Of a stretch of 64,000 bases of DNA, positions 1 to 13,540 are shown piece after piece (the stretch's first letter is position 1; the number at the start of each line of letters is the position of its first letter). The translations under genes were made by a program, and so were the position numbers. The notes beneath the pieces are model-generated. The model ran no database searches, had not been told where the DNA came from, and saw only the letters and a list, made by a program, of their open reading frames with translations. The stretch lies in the NCBI RefSeq assembly GCF_009914755.1, contig NC_060940.1. The stretch is one strand, 5' to 3'. The stretch comes from the human T2T-CHM13v2.0 reference genome, Homo sapiens.

Positions 1-123
1 CATCTAGTTCTAGAACTTTTGGATCACTTCAGACAGAAACTCCATATAAATAAGCAGTCATTCCGACTCCCCCTTTTCTTAGCCCCCAACATCCGTTAAT
101 AGTTGTCTGCCTCTATGGAGTTT
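1..123 (-). mobile_element. Old L1M (L1MB/ME-like) 3' UTR fragment
   Basis: Resembles the reverse of the L1M 3' end (…ccagaacattttcatcacc…agcagtcactccc…tctctatggattt). Confidence 0.6.
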
Positions 124-169
124 AAGAAATTTAAATCTACTTGCAGAAACCAACAAAAGTTTGCTAACA

Positions 170-995
170 GAAAGAGGCAGTGTGTACCAAATGCAAGAGC
201 ATAGCTTGCTGGTTAGTTTTGTGAACCCTAAAGCCAAACTGCCTGGGTTTAAATCCTGGCATTTCTGTTTATTACGGTGTGACCTTGGGCAGATTAATCT
301 GCCTATCTGGGCCTCAGTCTCTATATATATTGATATGGTTTGGCTGTGTCCTCACCCAAATCTCATCTTGAATTGTAGTTGCCATGTTCCCATAGTCCCA
401 AATGATTAACCACTGCCTTCTCTACCTCTTGGCGCTGGTAACTGACTCCTTCCCCTTGAGAGTCCAGGGCCATAAGGTCCAGGCTTGATCTGAATCCTTC
501 AGCCTCAACCTCCAGTAGGCCCCTCATGTCATCGGACCAGCAATTGGCCCTCAACAACGTGTGGTAGGAGGGACCCAGTGGGAAGTAATTGAATTATGAG
601 GGCGGTTATCCCCATGTTGTTATCATAACAGTGAGTGAGTTCTCATGAGATCTGAAGATTTTATAAGGGCTTTTTCCTTTTTGGTCGGCACTTCTCCTTC
701 CTGCCACTCTGTGAAGAAGGTGGCTTTCTTCTCCTTTGCCTTCCGCCGTGATTGTAAGTTTCCTGGGGCCTTTGAAGCCATGTGGAACTGCAAGTCAACT
801 AAACATCTTTTTTTTTTTTAATAAATTACCCAGTCTTGAGTATTTCTTCATAGCAGTATGAGAATAGAATAAAACACATATAAAATAAAAAATGAGAGTT
901 ACAGAGTTCTATCCCTCATAGGCTAGTTGGGAAGTATGTAAAGAGCTGAGAATCACACCTGGCTGTAGTAAGTGCTATGTAAGGATTTGCTGTTG
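170..995 (+). mobile_element. MIR split by the THE1D LTR (halves ~170-330 and ~880-995)
   Basis: cctgggtttaaatcctggc…tgtgaccttgggcag…gcctcagt, resuming after the LTR with …taagtgct…. Confidence 0.7.
331..876 (+). mobile_element. THE1D-like MaLR solo LTR containing a foreign insert (~400-556)
   Basis: Starts tgatatggtttggctgtgtc…caaatctcatcttgaattgtag and ends …ataaattacccagtc…tatttcttcatagcag…aca; 5-bp TSD tatat/catat. Confidence 0.9.
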
Positions 996-1039
996 TTACA
1001 GGCATGGATAATAAGTCCTGTGGCTTGGCTTATTGTAAT

Positions 1040-1150
1040 TTTTTAAAGGGCAAGAACCATTTCTATCATGCCTAGCTGAGAATCCCCAGCATCTAGCATG
1101 ATACCTGGCATTCAGTAGGTGCCTGGTAAATGTTTGTTGAATGACTGAAT
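1040..1150 (+). mobile_element. L2 3' end
   Basis: …cctggcattcagtaggtgcc…taaatgtttgttgaatgactgaat terminus. Confidence 0.75.
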
Positions 1151-1364
1151 AGTAGTTTAGGAAAGATGGGAGATTACTGTGGGACACGACAGATTATTTG
1201 GGAACCCTACACTCAATGTCAAAAACATTCTGCAGCTATTTGGCAAACCTTATTAAGAACCACCTGAGAGCTGGATGTTGTGTGACCCACTACAGACAGA
1301 ATGGAAAACCAAGTCTGTCACCAACGTAGATATGATGAAAATGATTATAATTTATCAAAACACC

Positions 1365-1460
1365 CAATGTTTGTCGAGCACTTAACAGGTGCCTGGCACT
1401 GTGTTGAAAACCTTACATGCACTAATTCATTTAATTTTATTTACGACTCAACCTATGAGA
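1365..1460 (-). mobile_element. MIR fragment
   Basis: gagcactta…gcctggcactgtg…tcatttaat…caacctatgag. Confidence 0.6.
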
Positions 1461-2079
1461 CAAAACCACTAGCACAATACAATAATAGCAATGAAAAAGC
1501 TATTTTTTAAAACAGAGCAAAATGTCAACAAGTGCAAATGAATCCTCTGACAATTAAGTCCATATGGGAGGTGGGGATGATGAGAACAGTTAGGTGAGGA
1601 CAATCATGGACTTCTGATGAAACATCTGTATTTGTGATCCGGCCAGCCTGTTAATCATCTGGATATTTGCAGCCTGAGCTGTCGGTTGCTTTCGGTTTGC
1701 ATTTTTCTTTTCTCATCCTTTAAAATTCACTTTCTACTCTGTTGTAGGACAGATCTTATCCCGCATGCTACCTTTTCTTGGCAATACAGGGGGATGGCAA
1801 AGAGAATGTTTGCAGATGCCTCAGCAAACCAGGTCCCTGGTCCCTGAGAGTAGGTGCTCTTGTCTGTGTCTTCAGGGCAGTGCTCACAGCTGGTTAATTG
1901 GATCCAGGACAGGGTTATGGAGGCAGGCGTCAAAGCACAATGACCTAAATCAAACCCAAGATTAATTAAAAAGTGTCCAAGTGGATTGAATATTTCATGA
2001 CCTGAAGGCTGAAGTCAGGTCTCTTTGGGATAGAAATCAGACGAGAATGTGTGGTGGGGGTAGGGGTGGATTGGAAATA

Positions 2080-2175
2080 GAAGAAAAGTAAGGGTGGAGG
2101 AGGAGGGAGAAGAATGGGTGGAGGAGGAGGAGAGAGGAGGGAGAGAAAGGGCAGGCAGGAGGGAGGAAGGGAAGA
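2080..2175 (+). repeat. GA-rich low-complexity tract
   Basis: ggaggaggagggagaag… purine run. Confidence 0.8.
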
Positions 2176-2849
2176 ATGACAATGAATATATGACTTCACG
2201 GAAATCAAACTAACTTCTCACCTTCATCATTAGATGTTCTCAGAGGGTGATGTACCTTTCATGGGGTTATTTTGAAAAGCTGATCTTTTCAATTATTCCG
2301 TGAGGGTAGGTAGAGTTCATTGCTGGTTCACAACTTCCCACACAAGGACCCTGGAGCCCAGAAAGGAACAACCTCCCCCAGCCCCCGAAGCTTGCTGGGA
2401 TTCAGACGCAAACCCCAGTCTTCCACTTCATTGCAGAATTGGCAGGGAGCCAGGAGACACAGGACATTTCCCACCTTCCGAGCAACAGGTTCCCAGAATC
2501 TCAGGAGGCATTTCTTCCAGAAAGACATTTTTTTTTTCCTGTTCCATTTCTCTACCAAGGAATTAGTTGGAAACGTGTGGATTTCCTTGGGAGACTGGGA
2601 AATTCTCTAGTCCCCCGAGTCTATCCTTGGGCTTCAGCTATATTATCTCCTGTTTCCGTGTCCCTGTGTCCATATGGATGGGTCTGATCACTGCTGTGTC
2701 CATCTGTCTTTCTGGGTATCTGTCATGTGTGGCCTTGTTCTTTGCCTATCTCAATACCTACTGTCAGCCCACCCCTCTCTCTGTCATTTCCCTCTGTATT
2801 TTCCCATCTCTCTGGCAGGTCTGCTCTGTTCATGGCCCACCCATGTTCA

Positions 2850-3035
2850 CCACCTCTTTGCTTTTCTTTCTCACTGACTTCCCTCTCTCTTCTCCTCCTC
2901 TATCCTTATTTGCTGAAGTTCATGCACATTTTAAGCATCTTTGTGCCTTTCTTTGCCCTTCTCCTTCCTCTGACTTTTCTCCCCTCCCTTCTCCTGCTCC
3001 TGCCTCTTTCCTCTTTCCTTTCTCTCTTTCCTATT
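2850..3035 (+). repeat. CT-rich low-complexity tract
   Basis: Pyrimidine-rich sequence; accounts for the long stop-poor ORFs at 2567-3092. Confidence 0.7.
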
Positions 3036-4559
3036 CCATTATGGATGTTTTGTTGGTGGCTCCAGTCAATTCCAATTGATAAGTATCTCTAGATTCCCTG
3101 CTGTAAGCCAGCAGGTGAGCTGAGGGCCCCCTGGGAATACAGACCCAGCGGGTCACTCTCTGCAAGTGGCTCTTAGTCAGGTTTTAGCAACTTGATATAA
3201 ACTTTTATTTTCCAATCAGCTTCAACTTGCAGGTGGCCTTGAGTGTGGCCACTGCCAGAAGGAATGGTAGGGATCACTGAGCCACAAAGTGAGAGGGGAG
3301 GCAGACAGCTGGTTGCCTCCATGGGCAGAGTGGTGCAGATGACTGTACTCGGCAGGTAGTGCTACAAAGAGGGTGGCACCTGCTCTTACCCCCCTGGGAA
3401 GTGGCCCTTAGCTGTTTAGTGGCTCTGCCATTCACCCTCATGGGTACAGTCCCACCACCTGTCTGTCCTTTCCAGGCTCTTTTCAGGGACTGCTCCGTTA
3501 CATAATCAGTGTGCTCTGGAAGCCATAATTCCACAATTGGTGACCTCTCCAATGAAACACAAGACTGAGAAAGCCTCACGGCTCTAATTATTTTGCCAAC
3601 ACTTTCTTCTGCATATCAATTTCCCTCCCCTGCACAATTCATATTCTATACATCTGGATGGCAAGGAGGATGCCTGGGGAAATTACATGGCTTTGCACAT
3701 GAGATTTGTTAGAAGTTGGAAGAGAGACTATCTTATTTCACTTGATAATCTCTTATTTATGGGTTTGTTCTTTTCTTAATGTTAACGAGACTTACTATCT
3801 CCGTCTTGCTGTGACAGCTTTATCAACATCTCTGTGGCTGCGTTTCCATCTAGGTGGTGGAACTGTGTTCTAATTGCATTGGCATAAATAACAGGAAAAC
3901 CCACTGATTGGGAATGTCTGCAAGCCCAAAGGCCTGGATTTTACACAATCTGCCTTTTCTTGTGGGCAGTGAATTTGCTAGATAGTCTAAGATCTAGAGC
4001 CTACCATTCTGTCCACTGCTGACAAGGTGGGACTTTATCAAACTCTTTTAATTTCTCTGGGTTCAGATTCTCTAGGTAATAGCTCCTTCTTTTGAGGCAG
4101 CAGGTGCTGTCGGAGAGGTACAGGTTATGGAGTCACAATGACCTTGTTGGCTTCCTGGCTTTGTGGATTAATTGCTATGAACTTCCTCATCAGTAGGAGA
4201 AAACAAAATTTTTTAAAGAGCAATAGCATTTTTTAAGTCCTTGCAAATGCTCTATGTGTAGCATTTCATTAATTCTCATAAACACAAACATAGCTTTATT
4301 TTCTTAATAAATCTCAGAAGGAGAAATGGATTCATGGACATATACTGATGTGTTCACTTTAATTCAGTAACGCATACTTTTGAAATATTTTATGATTGCA
4401 TATTATAGTTCACAGTTAATGGTTGAAAACTCAAGCTGGGAAGGACTATGAAATTTATCCTAAGTTGTGTCCGTGAAGGTAAAGAGCCAGACAGGGCTAC
4501 TATAAAGGGCCATACATGTTGTGCACTTCTCAACTCCCAGGAGGATTCTTAACCTAAGA

Positions 4560-5088
4560 CAGGGCTCAGCAAACTACAGCCCATGGGACAAATCCAACCT
4601 GCTTCTTTCCTTTTTTTTTTTTTTTTTTTTTTTTTTGAGACGGAGTCTTGCTCTGTCACCCAGGCTGGAGTGCAGTGCCATGATCTCTGCTCACTACAAC
4701 CTCCGCCTCCCGAATTCAAATGATTCTCCTGCCTCAGTCTCCTGAGTAGCTGGGACTACAGGCGTGTGCCACCATGCCCAACTAATTTTTTGTATTTTTA
4801 GTAGAGACGAGGTCTCACCGTGTTAGCCAGGATGGTCTTGATCTCCTGACCTCGTGATCCCTCCGCCTCGGCCTCCCAAAGTGCTGGGATTACAGGCCTG
4901 AGCCACTGCACTCAGCCCCAGCCTGTTTCTGTAATAAGGTTTTATTGGAACAACTTCATTCATTACTTTTTTGTCTATGGTTGCTTTTATGCAGCAGAGT
5001 TGAGTAGTTGCAACAGAGATAGTATAGCCCACAAAGATGGAAATATTGACCATCTAGCTCTTTCCAGAAAAAAAGTTCGCTACTCCTG
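4560..5088 (+). mobile_element. MER58A (hAT-Charlie MITE) interrupted by an Alu
   Basis: cagggctcagcaaactacagccc…[Alu]…gcctgtttctgtaataaggttttattggaaca…agagttgagtagttgcaacagaga…aaagttcgctactcctg; terminal inverted repeats. Confidence 0.88.
4611..4917 (-). mobile_element. AluS (AluSc-like)
   Basis: Poly-T followed by a full two-arm Alu in reverse complement. Confidence 0.95.
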
Positions 5089-5239
5089 ATCTAGACGACA
5101 GTTTGAACTCTCTTAAGTTGTTCAACATGGCAGCCGTGGAGCCATGAATTGAATATGTACCTAGTTGAGCTCTGAGTGACTGACTGATTTCTACCCTACA
5201 GGTTAGCTATGAGAATTAATGAGATAGGAATCTCTTTCA

Positions 5240-5890
5240 CAAATGTTTACACATGGGACCAAAGATACAGGGACAAGAATGGTCATTGCAGCATTATTTC
5301 TACTGGGAAAAATCTAGAAAGAATCCAAAAGTCCATCTCTAATGGATATGACTAAATAAACGAGGCTACAGTTATACAATGACAGATCATGTAGCTGTTA
5401 AAATGAATGAGGCAGACCCAAGTGTGCTGAAAGCTGTCTGTAGCAATCCACACAATCATACGTCTATATAATAATGTAAGCTCCATATCTACTGTATTTT
5501 GTTACTCTAAAATGCCACTTATTGCAGGATGCACCATTATTTTATATGTCTATAAGAAGAAGAAAGTGGACGGTTTATAATGCCTTTAACTGTAAAATGC
5601 AGCGTTATTTCGAGATTTTAAATTTTTAAAAAGTTGCATCCTAGAATAGGTGAAAACATAGTTTGCTAGCATATTAATTTAAGAATATGTGTATTTCTGA
5701 CAATGTTCAGAAAATATATATCAGTATGGATATATATTAAAGAATATAGAGATTGTTGCCAAGGAACAAGCGGAACTGGGCTTAGGGATGAAGGGGAGCT
5801 TTCACTTTTTAATTTTTGTGCCTCTGAATTGTTTGAAAATTTTGCGGGGGGCATGTATTACTTATATAATTTTTAAAACATTTTTAAAAT
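5240..5890 (+). mobile_element. L1ME-type 3' region fragments, interrupted by MER104
   Basis: aagaatggtcattgcagcattattt…gtccatc…gactaaataaa…; ends …gcatgtattacttatataatt. Confidence 0.6.
5492..5661 (-). mobile_element. MER104-like (TcMar-Tc2) MITE
   Basis: ctgtattttg…tctaaaatgcc…gatgcaccattattttat…gcatcctagaat…tgaaaacatag; terminal inverted repeats. Confidence 0.7.
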
Positions 5891-6779
5891 AAAAATTACT
5901 TAGATAATAACTATGACATGACTTACCGAGTACCTGGCACACAATTAGAGGATATCTAGTTTCATTCTCTTCTAGCCTCTCTGCTTGGCCACCAAGAAGT
6001 CATTAAAAGAAGAGAGACAAAAATATTGGGAACATTTCCTAAACAAAAGGGGTATAACACATTTAAAGTGTCATTGGCTTCTTATTAAAGGTTTCTGTTT
6101 GGTCAACTTTTAAATTTTCCATTTTCTGTTTTTCCCCAGTGAAAATTCCTTCGTTAGTACAGACTGTAATGAACTCTACAAATACCATACTCTGTGAGAA
6201 CGTTTTGGGTTCTAAGCTTCTTTTAACAGGGTATTGATCAGAATTTTTCCACGTGTCTTTACTGCATACAGAAAATGGAAACAAGTGACTTATTAGCCAT
6301 AACCACAGGAAATGCTTTATTAATATTATTTCAATATGAAAGAAACATTTACACACGGTCACTTTTTTTCCCATATGCATTCTTCATACAGTGGAAGGAG
6401 AATGAGGACAGACCTGCTCAGAATAGCAAATAACCCCCAAGTCATCTGCAAAGTGAAAATTTAGCTTGGAAATTCCCCATGTTACAAACAGAATAGGAAC
6501 ATTTGCGCAAGTTGCATGCTTGCATTGCTTTTCCCTATTTTGAATCACAAATTGGTGATTTGCCATGACATCATACATTTAAAAAGACAAAAATTCTCAC
6601 AGCTATCCTGCGTGGTAGGAAAATGCTGCTCAACTGGACTCATGTTCAAGTCCTGGCTCCCATGCTGCCATGAACTCCAGGAAATTCAAACTCGTCTAGG
6701 TCAAGAGTCAGAAAACTTCTTTTATGTTTATACATGGAAAGGGGACATTTATATTAAAAGAATTGGGGCTATATATTTC

Positions 6780-6905
6780 AAAGCTGTAAGAGGCTTTGGG
6801 GACCATGTAGTCCAGCCCACTGCCCTGTGCAGGAATCCTGCATCACAATCTTCATGGCTGTGCTCAGCCTTGGCCTGCACATATATACGTCAGAGGACTC
6901 TCTGT
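6780..6905 (-). mobile_element. L3/CR1 3'-end relic
   Basis: …ccatgtagtccagccc…caggaatcc…cagccttggcctgcac… resembles the reverse of the L3 tail. Confidence 0.45.
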
Positions 6906-7029
6906 TTAACCAAGCAATGAAAATGTAGAGCCATAATGGCCATAATAACAGTAAGCCTTGGGTGTCAGAGGAAAGGGATAGCTAATACCATCTGTACTTC
7001 CTGGAAATGGCTGACACTGTTGGCTGCTC

Positions 7030-7900
7030 CATCAGTTACAAGGGCTTTTAGCTGCACGTAATGTAATACTTAAATAATAATGACTAAATAAGAAAAAGAG
7101 TTATCTAATGTAACTAAAAAATATAGCATAAAACAATCCCAGGGCTACTTCAGTGGCTCAAGGATGTAATTAAGGAGTCAGGTTTGTTTCATCTTCTTAC
7201 TCCACCTTATCAGCTTGTTGGTCTTTCATACTTAGGAAGAGAGACAGCATGCTCTTATGTCACTATCCTTTTAACAAGAAGGAAAAGCCCCCAGAGAACT
7301 TCCCCTTACATGCAAAGGTCTAGAAATCGATCACGTGGCAACCCCTAGCTGCAAGGGAAGCTGGAAAGTGAATATCTCGCTTGTTTAGTCTCCATAGTGG
7401 AAAACAGGAAAAGGTGAAGGCGTATTGAAAATGACTCCAACTGTGCCAGCAGTTCCTATTAATTCCTCACTTCTTTCTTTATAACAGAACTTTTTTGTTG
7501 TTGTTGTTTAAGAATGTGATTCAGGGTAGGATGAATCATTTCCAGTCCCAAGGGATGAATTATGATTGGACTAAGAAATTTAATTCCTCTTGACAGCTTG
7601 GGAATGGGGTGCAGTTCTGGTCAATGAGATATCAGATGTCTCTCAGAAGTCTGGAGAGTTTCTGAGTGACTTATCTTCTATCTTAGGAAGGATGCCCACT
7701 TCTTCTTTTTCAGAATTTGAACAATTTTGTTTGAAGTTCTGACGCTTGGAGTTACTATTGCCTTGTTCAACTTTGAAAGGATAAATGTGAAGGAAAACTG
7801 GAAAGATAAAAACAGCGCATATCCATCTGAACTCTGGAATTTCCTACCTCTGTACCTTTTGTTATGCATTACTATTATCTTTGGTTTACAAAAAAAAAAA
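7030..7900. mobile_element. Ancient MaLR/ERVL LTR relics (MLT1K/L- or LTR33-like), probably two elements
   Basis: acccctagctgcaagggaagctggaaag and cagttctggtcaatgagata motifs. Confidence 0.55.
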
Positions 7901-8935
7901 AAGCAGATCCTGAGGCAAAGAACAAATAATCCCCTTGTTAAAGGGTGCAATATTAGGGAACATATATGACAGACAGAGAGAATGAAGCAGGGAAGGCGGA
8001 AAGAGCCAGTATGAGAAAACATTATTAAGTTTACTGTTCCTTAGTGTGACTGTCCTCCAAGAATGGATATAAACTGAATCTTGGGTCAGTGCATTATAGG
8101 AGAAAGGAGGATGATTTATCCATTAACTTCCATCTCCCATTAAGCAAAGATTTGCCTATGGTTTGTTAATTGCCTAAATTTCTGGGTTTTCCATGGATGG
8201 GTAGCAACTCAGTTCCCATACTGTCCAACAGCTTGGTGTTACCAGGGAAACCCTGGGAGGGAGATGAGAAACATGTGATGCGGGCGGAGCGATAAATTGA
8301 GGTACAGTCAGATTATGCCTAATTCTGATGGAATCTCAGTGGTGGCTAGAATGAGTTGGATGATACAGTGTCTGATACAGTCTACCCATTGCATCACCAG
8401 ATCCTCTCTTTACCTCTACTTTGGAAAACAAGATGCCCTTATTTCTTCCTTGAGAAGAAGAGTACAAGTCTGATCCAATTACAGAGTCCCTATCAAGATG
8501 GTCATTGGCAAAACTCTCTGAGATGACTCAAGGCAAGAAGCCTAGTGAAACAAACTGAACTAGGTTAGGAGCTCATAATTCGTATCCATCCTCTTCAACC
8601 TCTGCTACTATGCTAGGTTTCTGTCATACCGACCAGCACTTGAGCATGTCTGGCTGAATGCAGGGAACCTGGAATTTCATGCCTGAGAAGACTGAGCCCT
8701 TGTTACCTTGCCCTTGTTGGGGCCACAGTTCCTGAAACTAATAGATTTCTGTGCTCACAGGGCATGGAAACACCAAAAGATTCCCCAGTGAATTCTTCCT
8801 GCCCCAGCTTTGCAGTGGCATCCGTAGTCTTTTATGTACTCAGAATCGACTAACCTCATCAGTGCTGTAACTAACTCCTTTCCTTGGCTGCTGATCCAGC
8901 GGCATGAAGAAGCTAACACACTGAGAAGATCAGAA
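7900..8935 (-). mobile_element. Probable ERVL LTR plus internal fragment (old)
   Basis: Diverged ERVL-like composition (agcagatcctgaggcaaaga…; …ctgagcccttgttaccttgccctt…); low-certainty recall. Confidence 0.35.
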
Positions 8936-8969
8936 GTGGCACATAAGAAATATCTAATTATATATATAT

Positions 8970-9630
8970 AAAACAGATGTTGGCAAGGCTACGCAGAAAA
9001 GAGAACACTTATATACTGTTGGTGGGAATGCAAATGAGTTCAGCCACTTCAGCAATTAGAAGATTTCTCAAAGAACTTACAACAGAATTACCATTCTACT
9101 CAGCAATCCCATTAGTGGGCGTGTATCCAAAGGAAAATAAATTGTTCTACCAAAGAGATACATGCATGTGTATATTCATCACAGCACTATTCACAATAGC
9201 AAAGACATGGAATCAACCTATGTGCCCATTAATGTTGGACTGGATAAAGAAAATGTGGTACCTTTATACCATGGAATATTATGCAGCCATAAAAAGGAAT
9301 GAAATCATGTCCTTTGCAGCAACATGGATGCAGCTGGAGGCCATCGTCCTAAGCAAATTAATGCAGAGGCAGAAAACAAAATATGGCATGTTCTCACTTA
9401 TAAGTAGAAGGTAAGCATTGGATGCTCCTGGACATAAAGATGGCAACAATAGACACTGGGGGAAGGGCGGGAGGGGACAAGGGCTGAAACACTACCTATT
9501 GGGTACTATGCTCAGTATCTGAGTGATGGGACCACTCATACCCCAAACCTCTGCACTGTGTAATGTACCCATGTAACCAACCTGCACGTGTATCCCCTGA
9601 ATCTAAAATAAAAAATTGAAATTATAAAAA
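8970..9630 (+). mobile_element. 5'-truncated L1PA (L1PA15/16-like): ORF2 C-terminus, 3'UTR and A tail
   Basis: ORF 8977-9414 matches the L1 ORF2 C-terminus (FITALFTIAKTWNQP…WIKKMWYLYTMEYYAAIKRNEIMSFAATWMQLE); typical 3'UTR and aataaa. Confidence 0.92.
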
Positions 9631-10110
9631 GTTTCTATTACAATAGAAAATACCTATTTTTATGCCATTTTGAGTTGGATTTTATTTTTACTAGCAATCT
9701 AAAGCATCCTCACTAATATGTCAGAAGAAGTAACTGCTAAGGCTAAGATCTGACAGACTAGCAGAAATTAAAATGGACAAAGATGATGGGCAAGCGTGTT
9801 TCAGGCAAAAGGAAAAACATGTACAAAAGTCTGTAAGAGAATAAAAATGTGAAGCATTTGGGGAATTTAAAATGGTTCAGAATGGCCAAAATTAAGACTA
9901 TTAAAAAAATTTCTTGTTAAGGCTTTCTATAAAATGCTGCAAACGTGCACAGGAGAGGTTAGTGCCTTTGAGAAACCATCATTAAAAGAAACATTGTGTC
10001 ACTCAAAGAATGGCTGGAGTTGCCTTGCCTTTGAAGAATGAAATAACATCTGCTTATATCCCCAACTGTATCTCATGCTATTGAACTAAGACTTCCTCAC
10101 GATTTTCTTA

Positions 10111-10602
<492 letters not shown>

Positions 10603-11409
10603 TTATTTTTGTGGGTAGAGGTAATAAAAGAGGTTAAATTGTAGCACATACAATGGCTTCAGATGAACTAGTAGGTATTTTTATTCTAAGATTCTTCTGC
10701 CAGACCTGCCAGGATATGGGGATGAAAGGCATTGACTAACATTACTCCTCAAATTTCCTCACCTATAGTTATGATATTATCCCTCACCTCCAAGAATCTC
10801 CACACATCCTCACTACCTCTCTTACCAAGCAGCTTCCAAATTCTTCCTGCATTGTTATGCAGAGATATTCAGTTTTCCATCTATGTCTCCTGAGCCTTCC
10901 AAACATTCAGGATCATCCTTCCACAACCAAAATTGCTCCTCAAGGTGGCTTTGCTAAACAAATACATCCCACTTCCCTAAGAATCTCAACTTTTAATTTA
11001 AGAATTGTTTTCTCTACACTTCATTTGGGAAAGAAGGTGAGAAGTTTCTCAGAGGAGCTGGTTATCTTGAGCTATGTCTTGAAGATTAAGTTGCAGTTGA
11101 CCAGACAGAGAGGTGAAGAGAGAATATTCTTGAACATAGACTTTGGTGCATGAGAGTGGTGAATATCCATCCCCTCTGTCTCACTCCTCCTCCCTCGGAA
11201 CATCTTTTAACCTTCACCAAATCATTTGAACCAGTGGATGAAAGCAGGAACCCTGTGGACCTAGTCTGAAAGGTTACCAGCCCAGAGGCCACCAGCCACT
11301 GTCTCTAATGAGAACACAGAGGAAAGTTCCTTCAAGCTGTGTATGTACCCACTCTAGGAGGTCAGTAAAGTGAGATGCATTGAACATCTCTTTTCACTTC
11401 TGGCCAGCC

Positions 11410-11660
11410 TACTACAATGTAGAGGTTAAGTGTGCAGGCTTTGGAGCTAAGCTGTTTAAATATTTACTCACCCCATTTAGTCACCATGGGATCTTGGGCC
11501 AGTCACTAAACTCCTCTGTGCCTAGGTTTCCTAATCAGTAACATGTGGATAATGGCAACACATATGGTTGTTCTGAAGATTAAATAAGTCACATGTATGT
11601 CAACTGCTTAGAACCATGTTTGGCACAAGCTAAGCCCTTATTAAATACTAGCTCTTGATA
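11410..11660 (+). mobile_element. MIR
   Basis: gaggttaag…caggctttggagc…cttgggccagtcactaaactcctctgtgcct…gtttcct core. Confidence 0.8.
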
Positions 11661-11773
11661 TAAATCCTTACCTAGGTTCATTGACAATGCTGGTGGCTCG
11701 TGGTATCTCATGTGTCACCCATGAAAATCAACTCTGGCTCAGGCCACTTCTTTTATGGCACAAGTTTTTATAA

Positions 11774-12261
<488 letters not shown>

Positions 12262-12319
12262 ATGTTGTTTTGCTTCCCTTTGGTTGCCGCTAATTGTGCT
12301 GCTCAAGGAAGCTTCCACA

Positions 12320-12612
12320 TATACTGATGCCTGGGTCTTACCTCCATGAATTCTGATGCAACTGGTTTGCACTGTAGCCTGGACTTTGGAATTTTTAAAA
12401 AAGTCTCCAGGTGATTCTAATTGCAGCCAAAGTTAAGAACCACTGTTTTTTCTTTTCTTTCTTTCTTTCTTTTTTTTATTTTTTTAATACCCACATCCAG
12501 ATCACACTCCAAACAAATTAAATCAGAATCACTCTGGTTGAGGCCTGAGCATCAGCATGTTAAAGAGCTCTCCTGGAGATTTAATGTGCAGCCAGGGTTG
12601 ACAGCCACCACT
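12320..12612. mobile_element. Two MER5-family (hAT-Charlie) fragments (~12320-12445, ~12485-12612)
   Basis: ccaggtgattctaattgcagccaaagttaagaaccactg and …aatcagaatc…aatgtgcagccagggttga…. Confidence 0.75.
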
Positions 12613-12824
12613 CTCAACGCTCGTTTATTTGGATCTAATCCTAAGTGCTGTTAAGGATTTGCTCAGTGAGGTCTAGGTTCATTTTTGTTAATTTTATAGC
12701 TTGCAATGACAAAATAAACACATATACTTTAAAAAAAGAAAACCTTGTGATTGAAATTTTTGCCAAAACCACTCACAATTTTGGCTTTGCAAATCTGATA
12801 TTCTTCAGTTCCCTGAAATAATTT

Positions 12825-12916
12825 TATTTGTTTATTTTTTTGAGACAGGGTCTCACTCTGTCACCCAGGCTGGAGTGCAGTGGCACAATCTTGGCTCACT
12901 GCAACCTCTGCCTCCC
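12825..12916 (-). mobile_element. Truncated Alu 3' fragment
   Basis: tttgagacagggtctcactctgtcacccaggctggagtgcagtgg…gcctccc, then the match stops. Confidence 0.9.
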
Positions 12917-13099
12917 CTGAAACTATTGTATGTAATTATAATGTGATTTTTAATAATGTGAGTTGTCTTAAGATCACAAAGCTCACGTTGGTAAGAGTGG
13001 ACTGCTGTAATTTTTTTTTTCAGAACTTACTGTTTTCCTAGCAAAATTATTTCTGGAATTGCATTTGAAGAACCACTTTTCTTTAACTCTTTGCTTACA

Positions 13100-13540
13100 T
13101 ATTTTTGCTTGGCCAGGCCAGAGAAGGGAGGGTCCTGATTAGTTTAAGTCATTTAGCTTATCCTATCCTTATCCTATTCTTGTGGGTGTAGGGATTGGTT
13201 CTAAGATGAGTGCACGGACACTTTCTGGCCAATGAAAACTGAACTCAAGTTCAACTGTTGGGGAAGAGAAGCTTTTATCTCAGTGTGATGTGGAGCTGAG
13301 AAGGTGTGAGATCTGGGGCTGTTGAAAGACAACAGTCTGTGGGAGAGTGAAACTACACACACAGGAGGGCTGGAGAGTTGTTGTTCGTCCTATCTTGATG
13401 ACTTGGAAAAATTCTGGAACCAACAAGGCCAGACAGCTCTCCAATTTTTCTCTTACCTGAGTCAATGAATTCTCCTTCTGTAAAAGCCATGTCAATTTGA
13501 ACTGGAGCTTTTACTTAATTACTATGAAGAGTCTAACAGA
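13100..13540 (+). mobile_element. Old MLT1-type MaLR LTR
   Basis: gggtcctgatt…ttctggccaatga…cttggaaaa…gagtcaatgaattctcc…. Confidence 0.55.

Noticed and set aside
2567-3092. 170-aa and 121-aa hydrophobic ORFs that look like membrane proteins
   Set aside because: They lie in CT-rich low-complexity DNA, which lacks stop codons and encodes Leu/Ser/Phe/Pro; no recognisable family.
8977-9414. 145-aa ORF as a gene
   Set aside because: It is the C-terminal remnant of L1 ORF2 in a 5'-truncated element.
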